A stretch of DNA of 64,000 nucleotides from Orbicella franksi (taxonomy: Eukaryota): assembly GCA_964199315.1 (NCBI GenBank), contig OZ116701.1, positions 8,742,001-8,806,000 of the forward strand, written 5' to 3'. Below the pieces are notes generated by a model, which worked only from the letters and a program-made list of their open reading frames with translations, did no database searches and was not told the DNA's origin. The translations under genes were made by a program, and so were the position numbers. Positions 61,768-64,000 of the stretch are shown piece by piece. Positions within the stretch are counted from its first letter, which is position 1; every line of letters starts with the position of its first letter.

Positions 61768-64000
61768 CAGCTACCTTCAATTATCCTCATTTCACTTGAG
61801 TTAGATAGACAGATGTAGTTATGAAGCAATGGAGCAATAATTATTTTTGTGAGCCAGAGGATAAGCGGCAAAGATATATTTGATACCAGGATGACTCTAG
61901 GTTGCACTTTGGACACAAGTTACCGCGTATAAAATGCGAGTGACATACCTTTTTCGTACGCTTCGGTGGCGTGTCAGGCGAGTTCTGTCGAACCCGAATA
62001 CCCACAACGAGACAAAATGCTAATATGCCGTCGTAACGTATCAAAAATCTACCGTACCTAAATTCGGCCAAGTGACCATTTTATCGTTGCTTTATCAGGT
62101 CAGTTACGTCATATCGTAGGATATCAGGACAGAAGACACGGCTTCTGATTGGCTAATTGCAATTTTGGCTACGGTAAATAACAACTGATTGTTATGTTCC
62201 GGCAATGGGCAATAAAAACTTTATTTTCATATAAATATATAATGATTGAAATAAGTTTCGGAATAGAAGCAGCACAAGTGAAAATCTTGCTAATTTGAAT
62301 CGTAACGCCCGGAAACAACGAATACATATTTCGCTTAAATAAAAAAACATTCTGTCTAAGACATAGTAAGAGATCGTTTTTTTATTAGCTGAGTTCATGG
62401 TTGATAACTTTGTTAAGTTCAAGGAGTTTGTTGAGTGAAATGAATCACCCACACAATAATTCATGATTAATATTTCTGAGTTCCGCTCCGTTGAAGAAAA
62501 AGGATGTGGTCAAAATTATAGCAACCAGTAAAGCACGTCGTGACTAATACCGCTCCATCTTAGTTTGCCATGTTAAAATGTTCTTCAGCATTAGTAAGCT
62601 TGAAAATTGATCTGTTGCTAAAAGTACAACTTCAGTCACTCTCGATAGTCATTAACGTTTAGAAGAAGAAAAAAACGATGAAAAATTAAGCAATACATAT
62701 CTCTAAATAACAAGGAAGAGAAGTGCTTTTTCTTCTAAACGCCATAAAATACTTACGATTGATTGAACAGCCTCAACTCTCTGCAATTGTTCATGGTACA
62801 TGGCTGCTTCAAATTACTTTTCGTCCACACATCTTCGTTCTTGATACAACGTAAAAATCCTAGTCAGACAGCCTTCACACGAAAATGTATAAACACCTCG
62901 TAGTCGAGGCAACTTAAATAGACCGAAACCAAAACTATTGATAACTTCCCTTTATTAATTTGTATTGAACACAAATTATGTTCTTTTTTGTAATCCACTG
63001 TTATGGAGACTTGTTATCATTAAACTCATTCAATATAAGCAATCTTTTCAAGAAAGGTCACGGCTACTCATACATTTTTCAGCAGCGTTTTGCTGGTTCG
63101 GTACAGTAGGAAATGAATTGAGTATTTAGTAAGCCCTGAATAGCTTTAAGTGAAATTAGCAGAATTTCTGGCTTTCAGAGCTTGTCTCTTCTTTTTTGGT
63201 ATAATATCGTAGAAATTCCAAGTCCTTCAGAGATTTTGAAAAGACTGGGACAAAAAGTAACATAATTTCAATCATTCTAATTATTTTTGTTTGACGAGGT
63301 TTGGTTTTAGCAGCCAATCTGGGAAGTTAACTGCAGGCAGCTGAGAAGAGTTAAAAATAGTAATTGGTAAACAAATAGAAAAACGCATTTTGAACACAGA
63401 ATAGTTCTCACGCTTAATAATGATAGAAAAGGTTGAAAAAGTTAGATAAGAACACCCACTAAGACTGTTTCCTTCTTTCGAAAACAATCCGTAGTCACAC
63501 CATTGTTTATGCTCTTCCAACTGTTCGCCTGTCCTGCGGTTTTTGTTGATTGGTTGCTTTAAGTCACATGACGTCAAGGGCGTGAAATAAGAAAATGTGT
63601 TAAATTGAGGTGAAGTACCTACACGGACTCCTACGGCTCACGACATTTCTACATTTGTTGTCCTCTTTTGAAGTTAATTTTCTGGACCTATTTTGCTCCT
63701 CACGTGTTTCTAAAGGGCAGTTTTTGTTCTGTTTTGTTATCAGAAGGACCTGTTCAGGTTGGTTGAGAGTTAAGGGTTATTTTTGATATCCATTACAGGT
63801 TATTTGTTAGCACTTATTTAAACCTGAAAATCTTGGGGCCTTATTTGGAGTAAAACTTCCAAGCCACACATGTATGCAATGCGGGCTAATTTTTTTTTCC
63901 GTTTGAATAGCAGTCAGAATGTAAGTGTGTAATCATTGGGAGCATACAATCTAGTTGAGTAAGATGGGAGTGAGCAAAAAGAATTAAAAAGAATGAGTAC

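Larger units (their letters stand above)
17400..64000. repeat. Tandem segmental duplication with a ~24.7-25.0 kb unit (A ~17400-42050; B ~42050 to beyond the window end)
   Basis: Matching ORFs and introns at offsets of 24666 (last exon), ~25006 (REJ), 24764 (Cys-rich exon) and 24714 (5' flank). Near-identical over most of the length. Confidence 0.95.

Overview
AT-rich, intron-containing animal DNA, most likely a scleractinian coral (inferred from gene content and repeat style, not from a database). All genes are on the minus strand. (1) 1-1996: the 5' part of an IkB-like ankyrin gene with a DSGFGD degron. It runs off the left edge and is surrounded by kappaB sites. (2) 6523-14337: a complete 5-exon C16orf89 (UPF0764)-like gene of 534 aa with an extra C-terminal hydrophobic anchor. 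(3) ~17400-64000: two tandem ~24.7-25 kb units. Each holds a 22-exon polycystin-1-like receptor/channel gene (signal peptide, UMOD/GP2-type Cys-rich domain, F5/8C, 7 EGF, REJ, GAIN/GPS, PLAT, polycystin channel, Asp-rich tail; about 2,700 aa if intact). Both copies carry different inactivating lesions, and a 149-N gap lies in the last exon of copy B. Repeats include tRNA-derived SINEs, several MITEs, an RTE LINE 3' end and microsatellites. A 631-bp foldback insertion with a 12-bp TSD carries two oppositely oriented minimal hammerhead ribozymes, consistent with a Penelope-like element. Exon boundaries were read by eye (GT-AG, phase-checked); identity figures are visual estimates.
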